Positions 47,801 to 56,949 of a stretch of DNA of 64,000 bases are shown piece by piece. The translations under genes were made by a program, and so were the position numbers. The stretch's first letter is position 1, and every line of letters begins with the position of its first letter. Origin of the DNA: a bacterium (GTDB lineage Bacteria > Bacteroidota > Bacteroidia > CAILMK01 > JACPUW01); assembly GCA_016124515.1 (NCBI GenBank), contig WGNN01000006.1, positions 5,638 to 69,637 of the forward strand, read 5' to 3'. The notes beneath the pieces were generated by a model, which was given only the letters and a program-made list of their open reading frames with translations, ran no database searches and was not told where the DNA came from.

Positions 47801-48373
47801 ATGGCAAATACCTATTTTTACGAAGAACAGTTCAAGCAAATTGACGTGAAAAAAGGCCTGACAAAAGGTTCGTACGAGGCTTGTCAATTTTTGAACTGCA
47901 CCCTGCCCACCACCAATTTAGAGCATTATGAATTTGTTGACTGCGAATTTGTTGACTGTGATTTGAGCAGCTCGTTAATTACCCATACGGCGTTTAAGAA
48001 TGTGCAATTTGTGGGCTGCAAACTCATGGGACTACACTTTGACACCTGCAATTCGTTTTTGCTGGAAATGCATTTTGAAAAGTGCCACCTGCAAATGAGT
48101 ATTTTTTATAATTTGAAATTGAAGGGCAGTCGGTTTATTGATTGCATGCTGCAACAAGCCGACTTTTCGGAAGCAGACCTATCGGGTGCTGATTTTGCGG
48201 GAAGCCAATTGCAAGATGCGGTTTTTGACCACAGCAACCTGGAGAAAAGCAATTTTGCAGGCGCTATTGACTACCAAATAAATCCGGTAAACAACAAGCT
48301 GAAAGGCGCACGTTTTTCAAAAGACGGTTTGCAGGGTTTGCTTACGGGTTTGGGCATAGTGGTGCTTGACTGA
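47801..48373 (+). CDS. Pentapeptide-repeat protein (Qnr/MfpA/McbG-like)
   Basis: Two blocks of A(D/N)LxX repeats: 'CEFVDCDLSSSLITHTAFKNVQFVGCKLMGLHF' and 'QADFSEADLSGADFAGSQLQDAVFDHSNLEKSNFAGA'. Confidence 0.85.
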   Translation: MANTYFYEEQFKQIDVKKGLTKGSYEACQFLNCTLPTTNLEHYEFVDCEFVDCDLSSSLITHTAFKNVQFVGCKLMGLHFDTCNSFLLEMHFEKCHLQMSIFYNLKLKGSRFIDCMLQQADFSEADLSGADFAGSQLQDAVFDHSNLEKSNFAGAIDYQINPVNNKLKGARFSKDGLQGLLTGLGIVVLD

Positions 48374-48454
48374 TGCCAAAACTGATTATCACAATCAAAA
48401 TTATTATAACCGACGGTTGGCTTAGGGCCTGTAGTTATTATGCGGATTGAATAG

Positions 48455-49108
48455 CTATCTCCCCATTTGTTGCATTATTTCTATCAGCTCATCTTGCGAG
48501 GTAATGGTGTAGCCTGCAGGAATCTCAAAAAGGGCATCGCTTACCGATTCTTCTTTTACTTCCTGCGCGGTAAGCTCAATGGTAGTGCCTTGTTGTGTGG
48601 TTTTGAGATATAAAGGCAAACCCGGAAATTGTTGCAACCTGCTGTTATCGTTGGCCACAGGATTTGCAAAATCGGGGGTATAATACACCACATTTTCAGC
48701 AGAGTCATTAATAATGATGGCCTTTTTGCAATTGTATCCTGCTATTTTTTTAGAGTCCTTGGTAAGCTCAACCGAAGTGCCCGACAAGCCGATTAGTTCC
48801 TGATCGTTTGCCGTTGTTTCCAAAGCCAGTTTGTTGCCCATTATATTCAGCAAAACGTAACCTTTGCCCGTAGCTTGATTAACAATAATAATTTGCTCGC
48901 CCCCCATACTTTGTTGGCTCATTCGCAGTTTATTGCCCTTCACCTTCCATTCTTGCATAGTGGGAAGCATCGACACCATACCCGCCATTCCTTCGCCAAG
49001 TTCAGGATAGGCAATGCTAAAAGTTATGGTTCCTTCAAAAGCGCGGGGCGGCAAACTGCTTGCGCTTAACAACAAGACCAACGAAAACATAAGAGCAAAC
49101 TTTGACAT
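48455..49108 (-). CDS. Secreted hypothetical protein (DUF4412-like?)
   Basis: Signal peptide 'MSKFALMFSLVLLLSASS'. Start trimmed (cat at 49106-49108). Confidence 0.45.
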   Translation of the reverse strand: MSKFALMFSLVLLLSASSLPPRAFEGTITFSIAYPELGEGMAGMVSMLPTMQEWKVKGNKLRMSQQSMGGEQIIIVNQATGKGYVLLNIMGNKLALETTANDQELIGLSGTSVELTKDSKKIAGYNCKKAIIINDSAENVVYYTPDFANPVANDNSRLQQFPGLPLYLKTTQQGTTIELTAQEVKEESVSDALFEIPAGYTITSQDELIEIMQQMGR

Positions 49109-49355
49109 GGTGCTATTTTTTTTAACGAATGTAGTACCATTTGACTTGAAAACAACAAGCCTTTGCCGGTGGAATGTAAAATACCTGAAGCAAAAGCAAA
49201 GGGCACATGAGTTGTGATTTTCGTCTGCACCGATATTTAAACTGCCCGCCATTATTATAATAGGTCCATACCTAAAACCATGACGCACAAGCTTAAAAAC
49301 CCTTATTTCAGTCTGCATTGACCAGTTTTCGACCATCTGATGCGCTCGGGCAAAA

Positions 49356-49748
49356 GTGCTGATTACTTTTGACTGCGTAAAAACACTAATGCTCATGAAA
49401 CAGATATACTTGTTAGGATTTCTGCTATTTTCACCCCTGTTTTTTGCTGTTGCAACCGCGGGCAATCCGGGCGAACCCAGCGAACCACTCACCAATATCG
49501 ACATCAAGTACAATGAAGATATAAGTGGTTATGTACTCAAATTCCCTGATTTTGCTAACTATCGCGCCATCTTGTTTCAAAATGATTCAAGTTGGCAATA
49601 CATGGTATTTTATAAAGATGTAATGGTACAAAACCGCAGTGCCGCACCTGACGAAAACCTGCTTTTTGTAAACGCCACCGATGCGCTCAAATACGTGTTG
49701 GCCGATGTGAAAAAACACCAGAATCTGTTGTTGGCACTTGAAGAATAG
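49356..49748 (+). CDS. Small secreted hypothetical protein
   Basis: Signal-like 'MKQIYLLGFLLFSPLFFAVATAG'. The start is probably at 49389 or 49395. Confidence 0.4.
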   Translation: MLITFDCVKTLMLMKQIYLLGFLLFSPLFFAVATAGNPGEPSEPLTNIDIKYNEDISGYVLKFPDFANYRAILFQNDSSWQYMVFYKDVMVQNRSAAPDENLLFVNATDALKYVLADVKKHQNLLLALEE

Positions 49749-51587
49749 CTACTGAAAATCAAGCACTCTCAGGTCGGCTTTCAGTTGTTCAATGCTTCGT
49801 TTTTTAAAGGTTAAGGCATAGGTTTCATGGCCAATATTTACTTGCTGCAAGGCGAGTAGCGGTGTGCCATTTTCATATTTAATGCCTACTATCCATGCTT
49901 TTTCGCCACGCGGCACTTTCTGAAAATAATAGCTGTTAGAAGCAGGTTTTCCGGGCAGTACAAACTGTCGTTGTGTAAAAACCAGTTTGCAATCGGTGTT
50001 TTTGCCTGGCTGTAAATCAACATTGGCCGCCACCATTTGGCTGTCTCTAATATCAGAGAAAATATCGCAGTTTTTCCAGCCCAAGGTTGATGAATTGAAA
50101 ATATAGTATTTAAAATCGCTGTAGCTGATATTTTTGCTATTATAGGCTGATTCAATTTTCACCTTATTATAGGCGGTAAGGGTATCTTTTAATTCCTGCA
50201 AGCTGCTCACATTAAACCTATCCATCAATGGTTTGTTCACTGCCAAAGTGAGCGCATCCACATCATCCACTTTATATTTTTTCATCAATCGTTCAATTTT
50301 CGCACACTCACTTCCAAAGTATCTCGTCAATTGGCCATTGGTAATCAAAGAATCTGTGGTTTTGATTTGTCGGGCTACTTTTAGCAGGGTTTTCTGTTGG
50401 GCAGTCAATTTTTCTGAAATCGGTTCTTCCTTTCTCTTTTTCAAAACAGCTACCAATTCATTTACATCGTCAACGGTAAAATCATCCTTTTTCATTAGAT
50501 TTTTAATCTGATTATTATAGGCTATCTTTTGTTTGGCGCTGTACCGCCACTTGGCAGGGAACCTGAAAATATTGGTAATACCTTGCCCAAGTCTTTTCAA
50601 TCGCAGCTTAAATACACAACACCTTCCACATAGTTTACAACCAACCAAACCCGTTTTACAAAACAAGAGGCTGCTTTTCATGCAATTTTCCAGCGTTGCA
50701 GTGGAGTCATCTTTAAAGCGGCAATTACTCAACAAATAGCTGTATTGCCTGCAATTAGAAAAATCGGTTATAGAAAAGCTTTCCAGCACCGAATTGTTGC
50801 TCAAGCTCCAGTTCATTATGTCGCTGTGTGCCTCGCGGTTTCCCTCAAATATTTTGGCTTTCTTCGAATAATTATCCGTGGGCATCATAATGGCAAACTC
50901 TTTACTTGGCTCAAGCACCTTTCCGTTTTGTGTGGCATTTACATACAACATGCCTCTTGTACTCAAAGTGTGCCCGTTGGATGTTGTGCTCAGGTTTTCG
51001 AGCAACATATCAGAAAATTTGTAGTACTCTTTCAGCTCAATAACCACGGGTTCTTTTCCCTTTGCCGCAAAGGTTCCCGCCTCTATTTTCAGCACGGTAC
51101 CTTCTTCGCCCACCAAGGTGGTATCGCGTTGTGGATTTATTATAAAATGTTGTGCTTGTTTAGCCGTTTTCTCATAAAACTCATTCATGTTGCCCAATTC
51201 GGTAACACTTGCATAGATAAATTGAAGATGCACGCGTCGGTTGAAAGCCAAATTGGCGGGCTGCTCCGACTCTTCGCCCACATGCTTCATTTCCACCTGA
51301 AAAGTACAACCCAATTGGTGCAGATAATCTGCCACGGCTTTGGTACGTCGCTCAGATAAAGCCATATTATAGCGCACGCTGCCATTGGTATCGGCTTGCC
51401 CGGTGAGTTGCAGGCTTCCTTCATTTGCGACACCAACCGCTTGCCACCAACTGTTTATTTCGGCTTGGGCTTTTGGCGAAAGGCTTGCGTTGCCTACTTC
51501 AAAAAACACATCCAAATCGCTGCTTTGGGCCTTTATAGCAAATGGCAAAACCACCGCAAACCACAGAAATACAAGTCTCCTTTTCAT
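49749..51587 (-). CDS. OmpA-family protein (N-terminal OmpA-like peptidoglycan-binding domain, long C-terminal extension)
   Basis: Signal peptide. 'FEVGNASLSP...LTGQADTNGSVRYNMALSERRTKAVADYL'. Start trimmed to 'MKRRLVF' (cat at 51585-51587). Confidence 0.75.
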   Translation of the reverse strand: MKRRLVFLWFAVVLPFAIKAQSSDLDVFFEVGNASLSPKAQAEINSWWQAVGVANEGSLQLTGQADTNGSVRYNMALSERRTKAVADYLHQLGCTFQVEMKHVGEESEQPANLAFNRRVHLQFIYASVTELGNMNEFYEKTAKQAQHFIINPQRDTTLVGEEGTVLKIEAGTFAAKGKEPVVIELKEYYKFSDMLLENLSTTSNGHTLSTRGMLYVNATQNGKVLEPSKEFAIMMPTDNYSKKAKIFEGNREAHSDIMNWSLSNNSVLESFSITDFSNCRQYSYLLSNCRFKDDSTATLENCMKSSLLFCKTGLVGCKLCGRCCVFKLRLKRLGQGITNIFRFPAKWRYSAKQKIAYNNQIKNLMKKDDFTVDDVNELVAVLKKRKEEPISEKLTAQQKTLLKVARQIKTTDSLITNGQLTRYFGSECAKIERLMKKYKVDDVDALTLAVNKPLMDRFNVSSLQELKDTLTAYNKVKIESAYNSKNISYSDFKYYIFNSSTLGWKNCDIFSDIRDSQMVAANVDLQPGKNTDCKLVFTQRQFVLPGKPASNSYYFQKVPRGEKAWIVGIKYENGTPLLALQQVNIGHETYALTFKKRSIEQLKADLRVLDFQ

Positions 51588-51704
51588 GCTCACTTCATTT
51601 ATGAGCAAGGTAATTCAAGCTATGAAAACGGGTAGTGAAATGTGGTGAATGCTTGTCTTATTGTTCTTAATTTGGCCAATTATATCGGTAATTATTTACC
51701 GGAT

Positions 51705-54700
51705 TTATTGTTTTATAAAAGTAGTGGTGCTAACATTTTGCTCGTCAACCAAACGAAGCAAATACATGCCTGCCTGCAATTGTTGTAATGAAATAGGCAA
51801 TATACCGCCGCGATAATTCATGCGAATGAGCGTTTGCCCCTGCATATCAAGCACTTCTACGTATTGATTAGCTGCATTAGTTTTTGCAACAACATACAAT
51901 TGCTCCTGCGCCGGATTAGGATATACCTGCATTTTTTGGCCGGGCACTTCGGGTGCGGCTACATCCCACAGGTTTTGCACAAAAAAGTCGAGGTTGGTAT
52001 GTATCCATCCGTTGAGAATGGGCCCGGGGGTTCCGGTTCCTTTGGCAGAACCATCGGCATTTCTGAAAACCATAGCGAGCCAAAACACATGGTCGCCATC
52101 GCTCAAATTATAATAAGTTTTGGGCTTAATGGTAATTTGCCACAAGTCTTGTTCTCCCGGCACTTTGGTCATTTTTCCCAATCCGTCATCAGCTCCCCAA
52201 TTGCCAACGGCGTGGTTCCAACCTGCTATCCAAGGTTGTTGTGTTTCGGTAAGTGCCACACTGCTGTGCATGTAAACGGAGCTTGCACCCACCAATTCGC
52301 GATTGCCTTTGCGTGCATTAAAGGTGATGGTTATTTCATCGCCCGGCATAAAAGCAGCCGGCGAAACTGTAATAAACGGCTTGTCGGAATCTATTTCAAC
52401 AAATACCATCGCATTTCTGAAACCATAACCTACATTTTTATTGTCAGTATCTCTGAAATACATGCCTATTCTAAAGGCTTCCTTGTCGTTCAAACCATAA
52501 TAATCGTTGGGCGTAAGGGTAATCTGCCACAGGTTGTTGCCTACTTTGGTCATTTCGCCAAGTCCATCGTCGCTCAGGGTGCCTACTACGTGGCTCAGTA
52601 TTTCGCCTGTTGGGTTGTCAACCACCACACCTGAGTGCATATATACTTTTTGTGCGCCAACCAAACCATTTGTGCCGTTTGGCCATGCCTTTGTTGCATC
52701 AAAAGTTATAGTTATTTCATCGTTTTGGGTAAAAGGATAAGGCGACACCGAAACCGGATTGGCATATACAGCCACCGTTTTTCCTTTGCCATTACTTAGT
52801 TTTTTGGTGGTGTACACATGCCACTCGCCGGGTTGCAACTGTATGGTTTGGTTGGTATTTGTAATATTCAGGATTTCGCCGGTAAAATAATCGTACCAGC
52901 TTCCCAACTGTGTAAACGCGGGATCGATACTGCCACTTTCCACCCCGAAATTGCCCACCAAAACCAGGTCGAAATTATCAGTATGGTAGCTCAGGCGACG
53001 CAAAGCACCGCTCTCCTGATGATTAGTTTCAGCGGTTTGCAGGTTTTGAGCACCAATGGCTTTTCTTATGGCAAGCAAGTTTTGGTAGGTTTTATATACA
53101 TATTGTCGCAAGGTATCTTCATAATAACCAAGTGCGCCACTGCCCCAGGGAAGCGGTTTCTCTCCTATTCTACCGTTATAGTCAATACTGATATCGTAGG
53201 CCAGCTCATCAAATTGCCATATCATTTTGGGGCCGGGATAAAGCAGCATAAAGGCGGCGGTAAGCTTGGCTCGCTCCAACATAACCAGTGGATTTTTGGC
53301 ACTATAAGCCACATTTGAAACACCGCTAGCCAGTATTTGCTGTGCCAAACGTTGCTCATCGTGGCTATCGAAATAGCTCACATGCGTAGTGTCGTTCATG
53401 CCACTGAAATTGCCATTACCAAAATTTCCGGCAGCTGCAGGCACGTAATCATAACTTCTGTTGCGCCACATAATCATGCCTTGCGCACCCAGTTCGTTTT
53501 CCTCTTGCGCGCCGCCCCAGTGTTCAAGTATCACAATCGCTTTGGGGTCAACCGACCAAATTTGGTCCGACATACGCTTTAGAATGGCAATTCTATCCGC
53601 ATCGTAGCCATCTATATTGGGCCCGTTGTTGGTAAACCCTTTGGTAAAATCAAAGCGGTATCCGTCTATGTGAAATTCCTTGAGCCAATGTTCATTTACG
53701 CGGTCAACAAATGCCTTTGTATAATCGGAAGTGTGGTTAAAATCATAACCCCAGCTGTAGGGTCCCACCGCATCTACATTGAACCAAGGGTTGTTTGCAG
53801 CAGGTTTTCCGGTGCTTTTGTTGAAATACAATTTCACCATAGGGTTTTGGCCATAGGCATGGTTGAGCACCATATCCATAATAACCGCGATTCCCATTTC
53901 GTGAGCCTTTTCAATAAAGTGCTTCAATTTGTCGGCGGTTCCATAATATTTGTCGGGAGCAAAATAATAGGATGGATTATAGCCCCATGAGCTGTTTCCT
54001 TCAAACTCGTTGAAAGGCATTATTTCCACGGCGTCAACGCCCAATCTTTTCAGGTAGCTCAGGGTGTCGGTCAAATCGGTGTATGAGTGGCTTTTGAGAA
54101 AATCGCGCACCAACAACTCATAAATAACCATTTGTTTGCCGCTGGGTCTTTGCCAGCTTTGCTCCGATGCAGCCCATTGGTACTCGGCCTGTGCCGTTTG
54201 CAACGCTGAAGCTGTTTCATATTCCGTTTTATTATATTCAGGTATGTTGGGAAACACCTCGGCGGGAATGGAGCTATCGTTCCAGGGATCAACTACCAAC
54301 TCGCAGTAAGGGTCACCGATTTTCACGTCCTCGTCAACCCAATATTGAAACACGTAGGGTTTACCGGGGCTAAGGTCTCTTATTTCAAGCCAAAAATATT
54401 CGCCATCGGTGGTTTGGTTCATTTGGTAAGCATCAAGCACCTGCCAATTGGTAAAATCGCCCACTACATAGGCAAAAGATTTTTCGGGCGCCTGAAGCAC
54501 CAAGGTGGCTTTGGTTTCGTCTGTTTTGTCATAGTTGATACCTGCACGTACACCAGCGGGTAGGTCGGCTTTTTTTCCGGGTGTTTTTACCACCACATTA
54601 TAGTCTTTGGCAATGCTCAGCGACTCGCCATTGATAGTTGCCGTAACGCTTATTGCAAGCAAGGCAGTTTTGGTAACCGTATAATCATAACTTATGGTTT

Positions 54701-55328
54701 TACCTGAACTCACCGATGTGAGCATTTTTTTGCCCGAGCCATCGTCAAGCCAAAGTTTCATATCGCTTACCTCAGCCGAAGCCACTGCTGAGAGGCTTGC
54801 TTTGTCGTTGGCATTGAAATAAGCCATTGAGGTGGTGGGCGAAGAAAAACTAATGAAATTACCTACGTTCAGATTGATAAAAATATCGCCATTAGCACTT
54901 ACTGATCCCCAACCGTAAGTACCCTGTGAAATTGTGGCTTTAGCACTTCCATCAGCGCTTCGAAATACGCAGGAAATTCTGAAAATATTGGTTCCGGCAG
55001 GCACACCGAAGTACTCGCGAATGGAAGGTGTAAAACTGATTTGCCATTTGTTGTCTTCGCCGGCTACTTTGGTCATTTGACCCACACCATCGTCTTTGCC
55101 CCAATTGCCTTTTACGTATTGCCAGCTAGTGCCATCGGCCTTGTCAGTTACCACACCGTGGTGCACATATACCTTTTCGGCGCCTTGTAGTTCAGCATTT
55201 CCGGCGGCAGCATCAAAAACCAAGGTTACGGCATCATCGGGACCGGCAGTTGCCGGATTGAGGCTCACAATTTGTGCTGACAACTGAAAACTTAGCAGGC
55301 TTAAAAGCAGGACGATAAAGTGTTTCAT
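51705..55328 (-). CDS. T9SS-secreted GH13 alpha-amylase-family enzyme with CBM48-like module and four copies of an unassigned ~100-aa domain
   Basis: GH13 core 'GIAVIMDMVLNHAY', 'IDGYRFDFTKGF', 'EHWGG', 'YFDSHD'. CBM48-like 'YVVGDFTNWQ'. Repeated 'KVY(V/M)H.GVV...GNWG.DDG.G.MTKV...WQI...P..YYG' modules. CTD 'QVYPNPAQEQLYVV...YLLRLV'. Confidence 0.85.
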   Translation of the reverse strand: MKHFIVLLLSLLSFQLSAQIVSLNPATAGPDDAVTLVFDAAAGNAELQGAEKVYVHHGVVTDKADGTSWQYVKGNWGKDDGVGQMTKVAGEDNKWQISFTPSIREYFGVPAGTNIFRISCVFRSADGSAKATISQGTYGWGSVSANGDIFINLNVGNFISFSSPTTSMAYFNANDKASLSAVASAEVSDMKLWLDDGSGKKMLTSVSSGKTISYDYTVTKTALLAISVTATINGESLSIAKDYNVVVKTPGKKADLPAGVRAGINYDKTDETKATLVLQAPEKSFAYVVGDFTNWQVLDAYQMNQTTDGEYFWLEIRDLSPGKPYVFQYWVDEDVKIGDPYCELVVDPWNDSSIPAEVFPNIPEYNKTEYETASALQTAQAEYQWAASEQSWQRPSGKQMVIYELLVRDFLKSHSYTDLTDTLSYLKRLGVDAVEIMPFNEFEGNSSWGYNPSYYFAPDKYYGTADKLKHFIEKAHEMGIAVIMDMVLNHAYGQNPMVKLYFNKSTGKPAANNPWFNVDAVGPYSWGYDFNHTSDYTKAFVDRVNEHWLKEFHIDGYRFDFTKGFTNNGPNIDGYDADRIAILKRMSDQIWSVDPKAIVILEHWGGAQEENELGAQGMIMWRNRSYDYVPAAAGNFGNGNFSGMNDTTHVSYFDSHDEQRLAQQILASGVSNVAYSAKNPLVMLERAKLTAAFMLLYPGPKMIWQFDELAYDISIDYNGRIGEKPLPWGSGALGYYEDTLRQYVYKTYQNLLAIRKAIGAQNLQTAETNHQESGALRRLSYHTDNFDLVLVGNFGVESGSIDPAFTQLGSWYDYFTGEILNITNTNQTIQLQPGEWHVYTTKKLSNGKGKTVAVYANPVSVSPYPFTQNDEITITFDATKAWPNGTNGLVGAQKVYMHSGVVVDNPTGEILSHVVGTLSDDGLGEMTKVGNNLWQITLTPNDYYGLNDKEAFRIGMYFRDTDNKNVGYGFRNAMVFVEIDSDKPFITVSPAAFMPGDEITITFNARKGNRELVGASSVYMHSSVALTETQQPWIAGWNHAVGNWGADDGLGKMTKVPGEQDLWQITIKPKTYYNLSDGDHVFWLAMVFRNADGSAKGTGTPGPILNGWIHTNLDFFVQNLWDVAAPEVPGQKMQVYPNPAQEQLYVVAKTNAANQYVEVLDMQGQTLIRMNYRGGILPISLQQLQAGMYLLRLVDEQNVSTTTFIKQ

Positions 55329-55529
55329 TGGAGATCAATTAGGTTAGTGTCAAATGTACACTAAGTAGTTAACCGACCCAAATTATTGGATAAATTAAGA
55401 AGTGTCTTCAATTAACAGTTTCTATGCAAAACGGTTGTCGCTGACAAGGAAAAGGCCGTATTGAATGATCAATACGGCCTTTAAACAAATTTTACGGATA
55501 TATTCTAACTAACTCAAATATTCACTGAA

Positions 55530-56945
55530 CTAGCGCCATCCGCCACCTAAAGCCTGGTAAATGTTTACCATGGCATTCATTTGGTGTCTTTTGGTTTCTA
55601 TCAATTCAATTTTGGCTTCCAAGGCATCACGTTGGGTCATCAATACTTCCATATAGTCCGCCTTGGCCGATTTGAACAAGTTGGTAGAAATGGTGATGGA
55701 TTGTGTGAGCGCGCGCACTTGCTTCGATTTCAAATCGTAGCTGCGGGCCAGGTTGTCAATGTTTGATAGTTGGTTCACCACATCGGTAAAAGCCATCAAA
55801 ATGGTTCTTTCGTACTCAAAAGCAGCTTGTATTTGCTTGGCGCCAGCCTTATTATAGTTGGCTTTAATAGCGTTTCTGTTTACGAAAGGCGATACCAATT
55901 CGCCCGCAAGGTTGTACAACATACTCTCAGGTGTGGTTACCAAATACTTGGGATTGAAGGCTTCAAAACCCAGTCCGGCGGTAATGTTGAGCGAGGGATA
56001 AAACTCTGCTTTGGCAACTTGCACATCAAGATTTGCAGCCAACAACATCTGCTCAGCCGCACGAATATCGGGTCGGTTTTGCAACAACTGTGATGGAATA
56101 CCCGCAAAAATTGAATCTGGGAGCAAACTGGCAAAGTTGGCCGAATTGCGCGCCACGGGTTGCGGAAACCTTCCCACCAAAAAGTTGATTCGGTTTTCGG
56201 CTTCTATAATGCTTTGGCGGTAGTAGTACAAACGGGCACGGTTTTTCAACACTTCCGCCTCAAACTTGCGCACGGCCAATTCAGTAACCTTGGCGGCCTG
56301 CTTTTGCTGGCGCACGATTTTGAGTGCATTTCGCTGGATTTGTATGTTCTTATTAAGGATATCCAATTGGTTGTCAAGTGCCAGCAATTCATAATAACTA
56401 TTGGCTACTTCAGCTACCAAATTAGTTACCATAAAGTTCTTGCCTTCCACTGAGGCGAGGTATTGGTACACGGCAGACTGACGTGCATTGCGCAGTTTTC
56501 GCCAAATATCGACTTCCCAACTTGCCATGGCTTGCAGGGTATTGTTTCCGAGCGGATCGGGAAAATCCTTGCCGGGCATTATTTCGGTATTGGCATCATT
56601 GGCTCCGCGGCTGGTGTAGCGACCTACCTTGTCGGCACCTGTACCTGCTTTTAAGTTTACAAAAGGCAGATAGGCTCCTTTGCGCGCTTGTATTTCGGTA
56701 CGTGTCGCTGCAATTTCCTGTAGGATAATATTCAGCTCCTGGTTGTTTTGCAGGGCAGTATCTATAAGTCCTACAAGGTAAGGATCCTTAAAAAAATCGC
56801 GCCACTTGATGGTAGCCGAGTTGGTGGTGTCGGTAGTGCCACGATAGCTTTCCGGCGTAGTTTTGTCGGCAGTTTTCTGCATCAGCGAGGGCACACACGA
56901 GGCGTAGGTGAGTGCTATTACTACCAACAAAAGGTATTTTGACAT
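55530..56945 (-). CDS. RND efflux outer-membrane factor lipoprotein (TolC/NodT family)
   Basis: Lipoprotein signal 'MSKYLLLVVIALTYASC'. Two OEP repeats. Start 4 bp after the permease stop. Confidence 0.85.
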   Translation of the reverse strand: MSKYLLLVVIALTYASCVPSLMQKTADKTTPESYRGTTDTTNSATIKWRDFFKDPYLVGLIDTALQNNQELNIILQEIAATRTEIQARKGAYLPFVNLKAGTGADKVGRYTSRGANDANTEIMPGKDFPDPLGNNTLQAMASWEVDIWRKLRNARQSAVYQYLASVEGKNFMVTNLVAEVANSYYELLALDNQLDILNKNIQIQRNALKIVRQQKQAAKVTELAVRKFEAEVLKNRARLYYYRQSIIEAENRINFLVGRFPQPVARNSANFASLLPDSIFAGIPSQLLQNRPDIRAAEQMLLAANLDVQVAKAEFYPSLNITAGLGFEAFNPKYLVTTPESMLYNLAGELVSPFVNRNAIKANYNKAGAKQIQAAFEYERTILMAFTDVVNQLSNIDNLARSYDLKSKQVRALTQSITISTNLFKSAKADYMEVLMTQRDALEAKIELIETKRHQMNAMVNIYQALGGGWR

Positions 56946-56949
56946 TTTA

